Origin: Hemiscyllium ocellatum
Lineage: Eukaryota
Reading direction: 5' to 3'
Length of the DNA stretch: 63,648 bases
Assembly: GCF_020745735.1 (NCBI RefSeq)
Contig: NW_026867509.1
Coordinates: forward strand, 1,674,353 to 1,738,000
Position numbers and translations under genes: made by a program. A model generated the notes under the pieces. The model was not told the origin of the DNA. It saw nothing but the letters and a program-made list of their open reading frames with translations, and did no database searches. Each line of letters begins with the position of its first letter. The first letter of the stretch is position 1. Below, piece after piece: positions 23,140-37,757 of this stretch.

Positions 23140-24720
23140 AGGTTACGTTCCAGATTACCTTCTAAAAATATGTTGAGGGGGTCTGACCTAGGCTAAGACA
23201 ACAGACAGAGGAAGAGCACGAAGGCAGTGCAGGGGTCGTCTGCAGTCATCTCCCTTCAGGACAGATAATCAGTTTTGGACACTGTTGGGAGAGATGGCTC
23301 ACCAAGAAAAATATGCAGCAGTCAGGGTCATGGTAAGATGGCTGGTCATTTTGCACAGGAGGGAGGATAAAACCTGTCAGAGCTGGAGTGATGGGGAATG
23401 AAATTATTAGCAGAACAGGGAGATGCTTCTGCCTCCACAAAAGAAAGTTCAGGATCGTATGCTGCCTCCGTGATGTAGGGGTCAAGGAAGCTTCCAAGCG
23501 GCTGAAGAACATTCTGAGGCCTCGCGGGGTTGGGTGGGGGGACGTGAAGTTGGGGAGAGAGTGAACTTCCAGCTGTCATGATACATAAAGGCACCAACAA
23601 CACAGGTAAAAATCGGAATGTTGTCCAATGAGATGAATTTAGGGAGTTACATATGAAAGTTAAATGTAGGACTTCAAAAGTAGTGATCCTGGAATTACTA
23701 CTCGTGTCACATTCAAGCCAGAGTGAGAATAACGAGATAACTTAAAGGAATAGATGGCTTGGAGGCTGGTGCAAGATGGAGGGATTCAAATTGGTGCTAC
23801 ACTGGATCCGTTTCAGGGGAAGATAGGACGAGTATAAACCAGAAGGTCTGCACTTGGGATGGACGAGAATCAATGTCTTGGGGAAGTGTTTTCTATTGCT
23901 GTTGGGAAGCGTTTAAAATAATATGGTAGGCGAATGGGAAACAATGCACAAGTCGGAAGGACGTGAAGTTTGGACAGAAACAACGACAGTGAGGGAAAAC
24001 TTGAAAGTAGAAGGCAGAGACACTAAAGACAATAATAAAAATGAGCAACATTTTGCAGTGATTCAGAAATCGCAATATCTCTCAAAACAAAATGACCTGA
24101 AAGGTCTGTACCTCAGTGCGAGTGACATTTTAATCACGTAGATGAATTAAACACGTAAACATTTACTAATGCATGTGATATAATTGCGACCACAGAAACT
24201 TGTCTCCAGGATGACTGAGGATGAGAACTCAACATCGAGGATTATTCACTTTTCAGGAAAGACAGTAAAGGGAGATGAGGTAGAATCGATTATCACACTA
24301 GTAAAATAGAACGGGAGCCTACACTATGTGAAAGCTGTATGGGTGGAAATGTAGAATACCAAAGAGAAATTTCATTGTGTGCTAACACCAAACAGTAGTT
24401 GTGATGCTGGGCAGTATATTGTAAAGGAAATTGGAGACTGATGCAGTTTATCTGTTGTACTTGCTTCAATTTACATATTGATTAGACTAAGAAAACTGGA
24501 AGCAATGCGCTGGACGAGTATTTCCTGAAGGCATGAAGGATTTTTTTCCTTTCCCAATATATCAAGTAACCAATTAGACAGTAAGCCATTTTATAGTAGG
24601 TATTGCGTAGAGAGATTGGATTAATTAGCAACATTGTGGTGAGAGATCCTTTGAGCAAGAGTGACCGTGAGATGGTAGAAGTCTTCATGAATAAAGTTGT
24701 GTTTCTGGACGTCTTATTGA
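23140..24720 (+). mobile_element. CR1 LINE 5' half (ORF1 esterase-like region and ORF2 endonuclease), decayed
   Basis: GTNNTG(K) at ~23590 (esterase-like ORF1, cf. HIGTNDIG); ATCCG..GGGGAAG..YKPEGLHL region; ORF2 start LYLSA.. and DIIATTET (~24110-24200). Confidence 0.7.
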
Positions 24721-24834
24721 GCTCAACACATAGAAAATGTGAACCAGCGCCGTTATTTTCAGCTTTATTTGTTGCATTCTCGGTCACCATGTTGTCTTGC
24801 TAGCCCCACCCCCGCCCCATCCCCCCCCCCCCCA

Positions 24835-25110
24835 ACTCAGTGGTACTGTCTACCCTTTCAAGTCTGCCAGTTAAATACACAATTCTCTGGCCATTCCTAA
24901 ATTATTATCACTTAATCTGAAATACAAACTTTTGTTCACAAGCACTCTACATCGCATACCTCCCAATCCCCTAGATATAACATAGATGCTGCCCCCTCCA
25001 CAGTCCACTTCTACTCTGACGAAGAGTCATCTCGAACCGAAATGTCAACTTGCTGTTCCTCCATAAATACTGTCTGACACGCTGCGATCTCCAACATTAA
25101 TTGGTTGTAG
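24835..25110 (+). mobile_element. Penelope-type 3' remnant with a degenerate hammerhead-like core
   Basis: CTGACGA (25016-22) and GAAA (25039-42), followed by the CCATAAATACTGTCTGAC..CTG tail seen after the other Penelope remnants. Confidence 0.5.
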
Positions 25111-25619
25111 TATTGATTTCAAAGCCGCTTTTCAAAGGAGATGATCAAGAATTGGCCCCATTTAACTTTGACAGTCTCCAGAAAACGTGGATCTTGTTAT
25201 TATCAAATTGATACTCACTTGGAGCTTGCTTTGAGATCGATTTCTACCACGATCTGTGTATGTCAGCTGGAACCACTAATCAAATGTTTTCACTGATGAT
25301 AAAACTGCTATGAGCCCCGAGATTATCAACGCTACCACCCCTGCAGCTCACGGGAATATGTACAGCAAGTAACACCACAGACTGCTTAGACCACTATTAT
25401 TATTATCATCATATTTATCATCATCATCATTACCAAAGCTAAATATGTTGTGCGGTTGTTTCTGTTAAATGTAACCCACTGACAATATGTGTTTATTTTG
25501 ATACAATGTAGCAGTCAATTTTCCTATTAATGTATAACACTAATCCGAAGGGACTCGTGCATCAAAAATAATTTGGAATAAGTTTGAGTACTGCTGCTGA
25601 AGTGCATCAGTTATGGAAA

Positions 25620-26495
25620 TAATTGAATGAATAATGCAATGTGTCTAAATGGACAAAGCGGCATATTCTTGAACTGCTCTCTGAACTTAGCCTGAGTTAT
25701 AACACAAATGCAAGCATTTGTACAGCAACTCAGAATATGGAGCATAAATCCAATTTCCCGTACGGAGTATGGTAACCATATAGCCTCATAACTCAACAAA
25801 ATAAGATACAGCATGAAAGTTGTCCATAACAGGATGAAATTCCCTGAGAAAATAAATAGTAAATCTATACACTTCCTTTGGATCTCAATATCTGGGTCTC
25901 TTGCATTTCCTCGTCATTCTGACGATGCAGTCTCTTCCGGGCTTTTCTGCTTATCAAATATCTGGATTTTTAAATAAACAAACAGGAGAATTGGAAGGCA
26001 AAATGAACAGCAGTGAGTAGAATGTACGAATGAACTCCATTAATACCCAAATAGGAGATTCAAGAATTTCAGTTGTTCTGCCACAAAACCAGGGAGTGTT
26101 CTCCAGCCAGGACTCACCCAAAATATCAGAAATTATCTTTGATGCAACTCAATACAGTAACTGTTCCCAGAACAACAAGCGCTGTCTTCTTGGTGTGGTA
26201 TTTACATTTCAGCTTCTGTCAACAAATAGCCACAAATCTATCAAAAGTTAAAGAGACAGTGAACAAGAGAGAACAATCAGTGACTACGTAAACCAGGATA
26301 GCATGAATAGTGCACACACGGCCAAATTACAGGAAAATCAATTATAATGTGCAAACAATTGGAATATGCCTCAATGTTAGGTCAAGAACTACAACCGGTA
26401 GATTCGCTGCAGCCATCGTTCAAAGGTATTGGGTAATACATTTGGACAGACCGAATTTTCCATGAGATAATATCAAAATTGTCAGTACGGTAACC
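25620..26495 (-). pseudogene. GPR139/GPR142-like class A GPCR pseudogene (main exon)
   Basis: Minus strand reads VTVLTILILSHGKFGLSKCITQYL*TMAAANL..TFDRFVAIC*QKLKCKYHTKKTA..LSCIK, and ORF 25611-25814 has LHILSCCTNACICVITQAKFREQFK; several stops and frameshifts. Confidence 0.85.
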
Positions 26496-28589
26496 GAAAA
26501 GAAAAGAAAACAAACATAAAGTATAAAAAAGCTTGGAAAGAAACTTGCCAGTTTGAGTATTTGTTCAGATTTTTTCTGCATTAATGTGATCAGCAAAGGA
26601 TGAAAATACTTACATGTTGCTCAGCATTTTTCTAGGTAAAATAATTCATCTTTTAACAAAACCAAAGCATATAATCAGCATGATTTGGCACAGAAGTAAC
26701 AGCACTTCAGGTAATCAAGTGGAATGAGTATTCTGCTCACAGCCTGCAGTCCAGCAGAAACAATCAGCAACAAACAAATTGAAATATACTAAAAGAAGTT
26801 GGATGAACTCAGTGAAATCGTTCAGAATACGTAGCGTGGCTATGATCTGACATCAACTCAGTTCAAGCATCTGATCATTATTCATTGATTACCAGATAAT
26901 CACAAAGATTTCTTCCACAATGCGTTACCCTTGGAATATTGTGAATCACCAATCCAAATCCTGCTCCAATTCATTATTCATCATTTCCGGATGAATGAGG
27001 GAAAATAATGTAGCATGATAAGTGTAGATTCCCCTGATAATTTCACAGTGGCTCCTGGTTTATTATGGAATATCGACCCAAGTCCTGCTTCTAATATTGC
27101 CTCATTAAGCATGATATGGAATGCCAAAAGCAAGGAAGATTCTTGCTGCTGAACATTACCCAGTAATACCAGATTAGTTCAGCAAATCAATCAACCTACA
27201 AACCTTCTTTTCATCAATATCCAAAGACTAAAGGTTATTGTCGGACAGTTAGCTAATGTTTGTCCTGCTGAATGTTGCTCAGTGACTGAGGCTTGGTGCC
27301 AGTGAATCAATCTATATTTATGTTCAGAAACATTAGGCTGTGAGAATGAGTTTGTGTGTGCGTGTGTGCACACGTGTGCATGTGTGTGTGTGTTTGTGTG
27401 TATCTGCAGCAAGAGAGAGTGTCCTAAAAAGTGTCCATTAGTGTGGTCCTGTGATGTGGAGAAGGGAGCAGGGATAAACCATGCATGCAATAATTACACG
27501 ACAGAAATCAGTCTGGTCAGGTTTCATCATATTTCATGGACTGATAAACCACGCATTTAGAACATACTCCAATTGCCTGCTCCTGCTATTTGGCAAGGGA
27601 ATGCCTCTTTTGACATTTATTTGTTTGTGGTTTATTTGATTATTTTGAAACGAATCTGTAAAATAAGATTTGCTTGTTACTTTGCAAAATAGAAGTGTGA
27701 ATATCTGAGAATGCTTTATATCAGACTTGATAACTATGTGGTTACATGACTCCAATTATACAGGTTAAATATTGTTCTGTAAGAAGTGGCTGAATTGACA
27801 TTAGTCAAGGTTTACGTCGGTCAAAACATTGATAATTTGGAGAGAAATGTTTCAATCCAGCGTGCGCGGACAGAACCAAATTTGCTTCAGATACATTTTA
27901 CACGCACTCGGCATGTCCAAGGAACAAGAATCCTGCAGGGAAGGAAAGCTTTGCAATTGTTCAAAATCAAACCTAAAAGTAATCGAAGATAGAGCAGAAG
28001 TAAATTATAACTTTGCATCTTTTCAATAAATCATGATACTAATGTTATTGGAAACCAAATCAAGAAGCACCTTTTTTAAAATCACGTCGGTAAATGGCTG
28101 ATAGAGGTGTTCCTTCCCTCAGTGCCATGACAACTGTTTCTACTTTCTTCACCATGCTAAACTGTCTCACTGAAAGACTTTCAAAAAATGTGTCCATGGT
28201 CTACCTGTACAATTACGTTACTCAAACGTGACACAATTATTTTTCTCCAGCTGATTCAGATGTACGATTTGCCAATTAAATTGAAGAATGAAGAGTCCAT
28301 TGATTTCTAGCAAAAAAAAGTAGTTGCTTCTAACAGAAAATTACATCTACACAGGATATGACATAATTACAGGAAATGACGCCACCAAACCAAGAAAACC
28401 TAAACACATAAATAGAAGCGGGACATAACAGCAGTAATTCACCGGAGGCTCACAGATAACATTACCTAGTATGGTAATGGAACATCTGACAATGAATCTT
28501 CCAGCTCAGTGAGCACACTTACATCCAGAATCTTTACCTGAGCTAAAAATCTTCTCAAAGCTTGCCAAATTCTCTGTTACCACAGGGTA

Positions 28590-29400
28590 CAGGACTGGGC
28601 TGATAATTGGCAAGTGGAGTTCAACCTGGAAGAGTGTGAAGTCATTCCCCTTGGCAAGTCGAATTTGAATGCCGAATACAGGATAAAAAGTAGTATTGTT
28701 GTTACTGTGGTGGAATTTCGGACTCTCAGTTACCATGTCCAGAGATCCCTCAAAATTGCTAACCAGGTTTACAGGTTTAAGAGGTGGTAAGATGTGTTGG
28801 CTTCGATTAGAAGTGGGATTGAGTTGACGAGCCACGAGGTGATGCTACAGTCTTATAGAGCTCGAGTCAGACCACATTTGGAATATGATATTCAGTTCGG
28901 GTCGTCTCAATATTGGAATGCTGTGGATGCTTTCGAGAGGGTGCAGAAGAGATTTTCAAGGTTGCTTTCTGCACTGGAGGTTTTACGAAGAAATTTTGAG
29001 GGAATTAGAGCGTTTCTGATTGGAGCAAAAATGGGTGTAAGGTGACTTGATAGAGATATAGAAGACATTGAGGGGCATAGATAGAGTAGATAGGCAGAGA
29101 CTGGTTGCCCATGGTGGAAATGTCGATCACGACGGAGCATAATTTTAAAGTAATTCCAGGAAGGTTTAGGGGAGATGTCAGAGTTGGGTTCTTTAGAAAG
29201 AGAGTGGTGGGTATGTGGACTGCACTGCCAGCAGTGGTAGTAGAGTTAAATATATTAGGAATATCTAAAAGTCTCTTGAATAGGCACATGAAAGATAGCA
29301 CAATGAAGGTTGCGTAGGTTAATTTGATCTTCGAGTTGGATTAAAGTTCGGCACAACTTCGAGTGCCGAAGGGTCTCCACTGTGCTGTGCTGGTCTATGT
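28590..29400 (+). mobile_element. CR1 LINE 3' end, decayed
   Basis: ORF 28794 has LQSYRARVRPHLEYDIQF..ERVQKRFSR; ORF 29105 has HNFKVIPGRFRGDVRVGFF. Confidence 0.85.
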
Positions 29401-30649
29401 TGTCAGCTCTGTGAAAGCCTTCTTGCTTCTGCAAGTCTCCACAGTCTCCCTTCATATCTGTTCCTCCAATCCCTGTTGAACATTTGATGGCCAATATTAT
29501 AATCCAAATAACGTTATCATCCCATTCTTATTCCTTAGTTGCTCCCACTAAGTCTCACAGAATGATCCTTCATTTATTCCATCTTTGACTACCTCTGTTA
29601 TATTCACCTTAATCAAAAATGAAACTGGCACTCTCCTTCTGCCACCACCTCCGTCCCGCCTGAAACACTTGTACTACTTCACATTAAGCATCCAGTCATG
29701 GCACTCCCTTTGCCATACCTACAACCCCCATACCCATCCACGCCCTAAATTCATTTGCCTTACCTGTCAGTCCTCTTGCATTGAAATATATGCAAATTAA
29801 TGCAACAGGCACTTCTAACTCTGTAATGTGTTGCAGGCTTGAGCTGTCCCTTCAACATACGATTGCTGAGTACTGCATCTCCTTCAAAACATGCACTTTC
29901 AAATTCTAGTTTAAATGCCTATATTTGAATGCTTCTGTTGCTGCCCACATTTGTTTTGGTGTCTCTGTAAGTTTGTTTCCATGTTTGTATATTTCCGTCT
30001 ATGTTGCTTTTCTGTCTGACTTCGTGCCCGGTGAGATATCAGTTCCCGATTCCTAAATGATTGCCTGCAGCGTCCTGAAATCTAGTTAAATCTTTTACAA
30101 AAAGAGATGGCAGTTTCAGTGGAAGATAAATTGTCTGGAAGGATGTTAATCAATTATTGAGCATCACAGTCTCTATCCTGATTTCTCTGTCTTATGATTC
30201 GTGTGATACAGTGTCACCCTCTGATGACCAAAATTCACAATTGCATTAGCGCAGGTTGAAACTCCCAGGATTTCAATTAGTGCATAACTTAAATTGACGG
30301 CAGCATCACATCATACATAAGGTCAATGTGAAATCTTTGCTGTTACTCCTGGGGAAAAAATGCCGCAGGGCTGAAATAAAAATGAAAACTATTTTTAGAA
30401 GAAACGAAATATGTCAGGTTATGGAAAAGTGAATGAACAGTCTAATTAAAAATGCAGAACATAGTAGAAACAGATTTTACAAATGTCTGCACCTATTTAG
30501 CATCTTAATTTTAAAATACTGTGCACTGACTACTTGTAGCTACAAAGCAGGGAGAACAACACCCTGCAGTATACTTTTTTAAAGGCTTTGTTCAATTTGT
30601 CCTGAATTAACAATTAAATGTTTCTCAGTGCACACTGTATTAATTCTCA

Positions 30650-31220
30650 TCTTCACATATTACGAAATGGGTGCTTCTCTGAACATCGCTTCTGCGAGCT
30701 GTAACTGCATCTAACGTCATTTGTTGATATTCTTCTGGACTCAGTTTCAATATCTTTACTCAAAATGGGGGAAAGAAAGCAAATGTAACCATTGGCCAAT
30801 GACTGTCGGAGAGAATTACCAGGAGACGTGTGGAGTTCTACAAGAAGATGACTTTTCATTTGCTAACAAAAGCCGTGACAACCAGAGAGAGAATTCTTAA
30901 TTGCCCCCGAACCTCGGTGTCCATTATTTTACCTTATTTTATCATGTTTTCTTCGAGTTTGTCAGCATATCTAATGTGTTAGTCAGGGATATCATTCTGC
31001 AGTTATGCAACAAACCAATGATTTTAGTTCATGTTACCTCTCTACTCCTTCTACTATGTTTTTTTCCTGCTTCAAACTTAACTCATATCATAACGATTAT
31101 TTATTATTTCGTCTGCCACAATGGTCTCCCAACTCCAATCTTAATATTTCTCTATTATGTTACGGTTAGATATTTGCTGTTACAGCAGCCACAATGGACT
31201 TTAGCCCGAGGTTGAAACAA
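30650..31220 (+). pseudogene. Highly degenerate GPR139-like GPCR remnant
   Basis: ORF 30901 ends LPTPILIFLYYVTVRYLLL, resembling LTPILPFLLILLLNAMTVRYILV of the 61.6-62.5 kb copy; upstream similarity is weak. Confidence 0.4.
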
Positions 31221-33678
31221 TTACATCACGCTCACATTTACTTACATGTCACATGCTTTGTTTGAACTGATTATGCTGCCATTGGTACCTAACCTAATTA
31301 TACTACCTAACTAGCATGTTTCTCCCCCTATTGCTCGATACACGATTGATGTAGTATTCTGACTGATGTAGCATTCCACAAATCCTTGTAACATTCCACC
31401 CAGTCCTCATGTTTAACTCATTAAATGCCCTTATTCACTTTATTTTCCATGTGATCTTCAGTTTTATGATTCCAAGAATTCTAGAATATATTAAAAAGAA
31501 CTTAACGCCAGAATATTTAGTAACAAGTAGCTGGTCATACAGTGTTAGCAGAGCTAAATGAAGTGAAAAACCTGCCTGGCAAATTCGGTGGAATTCCTCT
31601 AGCAGAGAACAAGCAGAATGGCTAAAAAGGCTGGCTCGAAAAAGCATTTGCATTTCCAGATCATGTTTGAGAATGTACCACAAATTAGAATACTTAATGA
31701 AAAAGAAGTCAAAATATCAGAGGCAGATATTAGCATGGAGAGGCGGTGTCTTAATTATTTGTACACAAACACTTGAATAAAGGCAGTGCGTGCCCCGACA
31801 GAAAGCGAATCTGAGCCACAGTGCGACAAACATCAATGCTGGGGCCTCAGTCTTTCAGAACATGTACAGTGATTTGAATAAGGAAAGAGAATTTACTGTC
31901 GCCAAATTGGCGAGATCCAGAAAAATAATTGGAACACAGGTTGTAATGATGACACAACGAGACTGTGGAAGGACATAAATAGAGTGAAAGGGCAAAAGCT
32001 TGGCAGCTGAAATATTACATCTGAAATGACAGCAAAGGTGAATATTATGCAAATTGATGACGATTACAGAAACGTGCAGAGATTTTCGGGGATGGAGGAG
32101 GTGACATTATTGTGGCTACTATTGCATCGGTCTCATAAAGTTGGAATGTTGACACAGTGGGGAACAGTGAAATTAAACGGAACATGGGCCTGCACTTCAG
32201 AAGGAATGGAGATTGAAGTTCATTTTCTGAGCTTTCACTACAAGCAGTTCGCTGACTGTTTGATTCGAGGTTAAGCTGATTTTTTCATGGTTTCAGTTTG
32301 AATTGAGTATGTCTGCCTGCGATTCCACAAATATCCCAACAGATAGCATCACCAGCTGACAATTTTGCACATCACTGGGAATGCATTTGATCATCATCTT
32401 TCTAAAAGAAAAGTGATACAAAATGGCTTCGATAAATGCAGCCGCAAGACAGTTAAACAAGTGAGATTTCTGAAGCTCCATTATGAAGTGAAGTTTCACA
32501 AATTCTTCTTCATTCTCAACACCTGTGGAAGTTTCAATCAATATAAATTCTGCCCAGAATTCTGAGTGTTATCGATGTCAAGATACTATAAAGGACATTT
32601 ATGCAGTCTCGCACACATGTTACCACTGCCACTTTAATCCCAACATCGGTGCAGTGTGCCCAAAACAAGTCAAATGACAAAAAAACTGCATTGTCAAATG
32701 ACTGCTGGATATTGAAACATGATATTCGTAAACCTCGCTGTCGCAATTTACTGAGGTCTCCCAGCACGCAATCAGTTCACTAGCTTGTGTCGCCACTACT
32801 TCAGTGAGAGTGGAAGGCAGAAGCTGGATCTCAGCGAATGCAAACAGCTTGAAAAGGGTTAGTCAGTTCCCATACAGAAGGTATGACGGCTGATACAGAG
32901 AACAAATGGTGAAGATGTCACTCCAACTCCAACTCAAATTGTCTCCCTCTTGTGACAATCGCAGAACACACTGAGAGCAACAAGTGTAAAACGTTTCCTC
33001 CTAAATCAAGAATTAACCACGTAGCATCTAACTACATCCATTGCCTACTCACTCAATATTTCCGCACATGCACGAGGCACAAAGGGAATCAATCACTGAC
33101 TGATTTAAGTGCAACTGGCGTCGCACAGCACATAGCTTTTTCCACAAAGCCAACATATTTGCTCAAGCTCACATCAATTAACAAAGAGTTTGGAAAATAA
33201 AGAGCGTTGCAGTTAAACATTGTAATTTTACATTTGAAGACCGTGAGAAATTTTTAAAAATGCTTGCATGAAATATCAAAAGCTTCATTGAAAATAAAAG
33301 AGAAATACAACCGAAAAATAGAAATTGTTGCAGAAACTGGGATATGTCTCTGATGGCACAATCATGCTTAATGAAAGTATGGTTCTCGTGTTCGGGCCTA
33401 GCCGGATGGATAGAATTTTTAATTAGCAGCCACCAGAATGAGACACACATGATGTACAAAGATCACAGCAAGGTACATGAGGTGAGAAAAGACTATGCAA
33501 ATTTCACTGAAGACATTTGAAGATGTGCAGTCTGATCTTAAAATTCAGCTCTGTTAAAATTCAGAAGCTATTAATCTTGGAACCAATCACAACTGAGCTG
33601 TATATTTTCAACAGTCACATTCCATTCAAGTGAATGATTTAACTTTTCTTCAGAATAGCAGTATCAGATTGCATAACG

Positions 33679-33682
<4 letters not shown>

Positions 33683-33717
<35 letters not shown>
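33683..33717. repeat. (TA)17 microsatellite
   Basis: Direct reading. Confidence 0.98.
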
Positions 33718-33720
<3 letters not shown>

Positions 33721-33816
33721 TTCATTTTTAAAAATATTAATAAAATCTATTAATTTTCTTCTGTAGCTCCATTTATTTTGTCAAATAAATGACTCCTTCT
33801 TACAGCTTGTAGACTA

Positions 33817-34108
33817 GGGAGCCACGGTGGCTCAGTGGTTAGCACTGCTGCCTCATGATACCATAAACCTCCATTCTGATTCCACTCTCTGACGACTCCC
33901 TTTGTGTGGTTTTCACCTTCTCACCATGTCTATATGGGGTTCCTCTTAGTATATCAGTTTCCTTCTACAGTCCAAGGATAAGCAGGCTATGTGGGTTACC
34001 TGTGAGGAATGCAGATCTATTATTGCATATGGGTTGCTGTTTCAGAGGATCAGTGTAGACTCAATGGGCAGCATGGTGTGCTTTCACACTGTAAGAATCC
34101 TATGATTC
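33817..34108 (+). mobile_element. HE1-like SINE
   Basis: GGGAGCCACGGTGGCTCAGTGGTTAGCACTGCTGCCTC head; TTTCACACTGTAAGAATCCTATGATTC tail. Confidence 0.85.
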
Positions 34109-34587
34109 AAACAATGTATCTCATAACCATGCACAGCAACTCACCCCACCAATGACAACGATTTCCTCGCACACCATGCACTTTGTCAGCCCAAACCTCA
34201 AGCATCCGGGTCGAACTCACCCATGATCATCAGGAACTTGCCTCCATTATTTCCACAAGAAAAACCGTGCGATTAAAAGTAAGAAGAGATTAATGATGAG
34301 ATGGAACAATATTCCCTACCATCCCACTTCCAGCTCTGGTCAGTCCACTTCGCAGATTCCGGCGTCTCATTCATCTCATTGCGACCACGGGTAGGCACTA
34401 TCTGAAAACGTAATACAGATCAGGTGCCTCTTCTTCAAAAAGTGACTGTGTGAAAATTTAACGTTGATGGAGCAATTGAGTTAAAGTCGATCAAATAATA
34501 TCTCACTTCTGAATTAAACTCTTCGCTTCCAGGTGACAGACGGTAATCGCTCTTTCTGTTTCTGTTCATGGTATCGAGACGAGTACC

Positions 34588-35395
34588 ATGAACATTAATC
34601 TCTGTCTGACTCTGGTCATCTCCCTGTTAAGAGGTCTGCTTTACTTATATCTTAAATATCCTTGTACACATTTCCCGTTTCCACTTCCACGTGATTAACT
34701 ATCTTCCCTTCCTCCTAGCTAGCGAGTGATACAGCGGGTGGCATGGTGTCTCAATAATTAGCTCAGTTACCTCAGAACAACAGGGGCCCATGTTCGATTC
34801 TAGCCTTGAGTGCTTGTCTGTCTGGCGTATTCACATTCACCCCGCGTCTGCGTAGGGCCCCTCTCGGTGCTCTGGTCTCCTCACACAACTCAGAGATTTG
34901 TATATTAGTTAAATTGACCATACTAATTTGCCCATAATGTTCGTTGATGTATAGGTTAGGTACGTTAGTAAGGGCTAAATGTGGTGAAAGATTCTAGGTG
35001 GGTAACTCTTCGAATGATCATTGTGGACTTGTTGGGCCAGTTTCCACATTGCAGGTATTCTATGATTAGCTGGGCATTAGCTGATTACTTTTAAAGATGA
35101 GTAATATATACTGTGTCCCAGTCAGAATAAGGGGCCAAAACAATAACGAGTGAAAAATCGACGATAGGTCAAAGTTACCCTGTACGGCTGTACAGTATGA
35201 ACTACATGGTTATTGTCTGTATCCATGACAAGTCACTCACTATCTTTTCAGAGCCAGTCGTTATGGATATAACTGAATGGCTCCAAGTTTTGAACATTTC
35301 AGTGGGAATCTCAATCTGGGACTACATACTTTTCAGCTGTTCATGAATATGTTGAGGGCGACAGACAGCGCCCGGTATAACTGTTCACTGAGATC
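34588..35395 (+). pseudogene. TCR V pseudogene lacking its 5' half (leader 34588-34633, residual exon 35252-35395)
   Basis: Leader MNINLCLTLVISLLR G|GT; residual frame FEHFSGNLNLGLHTFQLFMNMLRATDSARYNCSLR (FR3-like); degenerate RSS CTCGGTG (35396-402), 26-nt gap, ACAAAAACT (35429-37). Confidence 0.7.
34735..35068 (+). mobile_element. HE1-like SINE inside the leader intron of the V pseudogene
   Basis: GCGGGTGGCATGGTGTCTCA.. head, GTTCGATTCT B-box, TTTCCACATTGCAGGTATTCTATGATT tail. Confidence 0.8.
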
Positions 35396-37757
35396 CTCGG
35401 TGAATTTGCAATGATTCCCAAGTCTCACACAAAAACTGAATGTTTGTCACAATAAAAGGTAAGTTCAAGGAAATGCAAGTGATTGAATCCGTAAGGAACT
35501 GTGCAGGGAATCATAAATGCATCTGACAAGAGAGCAAACTCTCGTCCATTCAACCCCTCCATGCTGCTCAGTTATTCAGTAAAATCAGGATTGATCTGAT
35601 CCCCCATATTCCCACATAATCCGTAAGATTCCTTGTCCTTCTTTATCAAGAATGATGCGATCCAAACATTAAAAATATTCATAAACGTTATTCCCCTTAA
35701 TGAATGCAATGTTTAGGTGTTAGCTGGGGTTCACCTCGGTCAGCAACTTACTGTCAAAAGTGATATAATTAAAAACGCAGCCTCAAGCGGTTTGAATTGT
35801 TAAGTTTTTTGAGTAAAATTGTGATGGGTGAAATCAGTATTTTAATCAGAGAAAAAGGACGCCAATGGGACAATGCACCAGCTTGTCCAGAGTTCCAATC
35901 TCACAAGGGCAGCTGTTGGAATTTTAATGGAAATCACAATTCTAGACTGGAAAAGAAAGTCCAAGAATGGTGACCATGATAACCATTACTGATTGTTGTA
36001 AAATACAAGAATGTTCAAATTCTGACTTATGGGAAAGGGAGATACCTCGTTATCTGGAATGGCACGCATGTTACACCAATCACATGTGCGTGACACGAAA
36101 CTGCCTTCTGAAATGGTGAACTTAGCAACATAGTTCAGTAGAATTTAGGATTAGGGATGCCCATCAAGTGTTTGTATTTGCAGTAGCACGCATAGTCCAC
36201 AAAAGCGTAAAAAGTAATAATTGCTATTTGGAAATGTGCAGCAACCTATAATAAGCATGGGATTCCACTGAGTAACAATTGATGGCGTGAATAAATTGGA
36301 TGACATTTCTCCTGAATTGAAAATGAGGCAGATTTTATGGTACTTATCTATTCTTCTGAATTAATAAGAATAATGCATTTGTCGCCTGTTAGAACTGTTG
36401 ATATCGAAGGAAAGAAAGTTTAAGTGAGGAAGACTCAGAAAAGTAAGAAGAAGAAATAAGGAAAGGAGACGCATACAGATAGCAATTGGAAACAGCAGAA
36501 AGTGGTTGGGTAAAGTCAGCTGTGTTTACTCATCAGCGAGTGAACCTTTGATGCACAGTAGTTGCCAGGTCAGAGAGAATAGACAATCAGATTAGAGAAA
36601 CGTGTTTTCTTTCCCGAATTCGAAACTGACTCTGATTCGAATTACATCCTTAACTGAAGACTAGAAGAGTCAAAATATTTGTAAAGGTGAACTGCTAATA
36701 AGGTCAACTCTAATCATGTGTACTCTCCGTGTTTTACTCGGAATGATGACCATGCTGTTCTGTGAACTAAAGCCATCAGTATGTAATTCTCGGTTGAGAT
36801 TCGCAAAAAATATTTTTCAGATATTCTTCATATTCTTCAATGGCCTCCATGCAGTCTCCTAAGAGCCGCTAGAATTAATGACTAAGAAGGGGTGGAACCG
36901 AAAACTGATCTATAATGACATTGGATTTTACAGGTACGAGATGCGATTTGATTAAAAAATTGTAAATTCTTCATGTGTTTTATAGGGTAGAAGAATAAAT
37001 GTTTGGGGGGGGGGAACTCGAGGATCACAAGGCACAACCTCAGAGTAAAGGGACAGCCAGCTTGATCACAGACAACGATAAACGTATTCTCTCAGGCAGA
37101 ATTAAGTCCTGAAAAGGGAAGTAGAGGCCGTGTCGTTCACAGCATAAAAGGCTTAGACAGGCAAAGTTGTAATCACTAAGTAGTTAAGGATTATGCAGAA
37201 AAGATACAAAAATGGAGTTGAGGATTTGCAGACAAACGATAATGTCACTGGAATGGAAGAGCAGAATACATGGGCCTAAGGCTTACTTCTGTTCTATATC
37301 CAATTGTTGTATTGATTTTCACAGCCAATGCTTGCATGTTTTTTCTGCCATTCGGACCTGAAAATAAACAACTATAAATGATGCACTGCTGCACAAACAT
37401 TCGTTTTGATCTTATTGCAGTTTAACTGGTGCCAGTGATCCCTTGGCTGAGAAATCAAGCCTGTCTGTATTTCCACTCCAACATTTCCTTACGTAAATTG
37501 CAGTTCGCTCCTCATTTTTAGTTGTTCACGATGATGACTACATTTCCATATTTTGTTGTTTTGAAAAAATAGAAATGCATATTGATGCAGAAATAAACAA
37601 TTACTTTATCTCAATTAGGAGTACATGATATCATCACGAAAGTGAGATTCACGGCTAACCACCCTCCTGTCAACACCTCAACCCGTACATGTGCTGATAT
37701 GTCATGCAATAGTCTGGCAGTTTGTGTACACGTTCTCTACGATCCTGTAGTTATGTG

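Noticed and set aside
32760-32960. Possible V remnant (SVRVEGRS..G*YRE)
   Set aside because: No first Cys, YYC or RSS; the similarity could be chance
36716-36761. Leader-like exon MCTLRVLLGMMTMLF with a GT donor
   Set aside because: Weak donor (GTGAAC) and no recognisable V exon downstream
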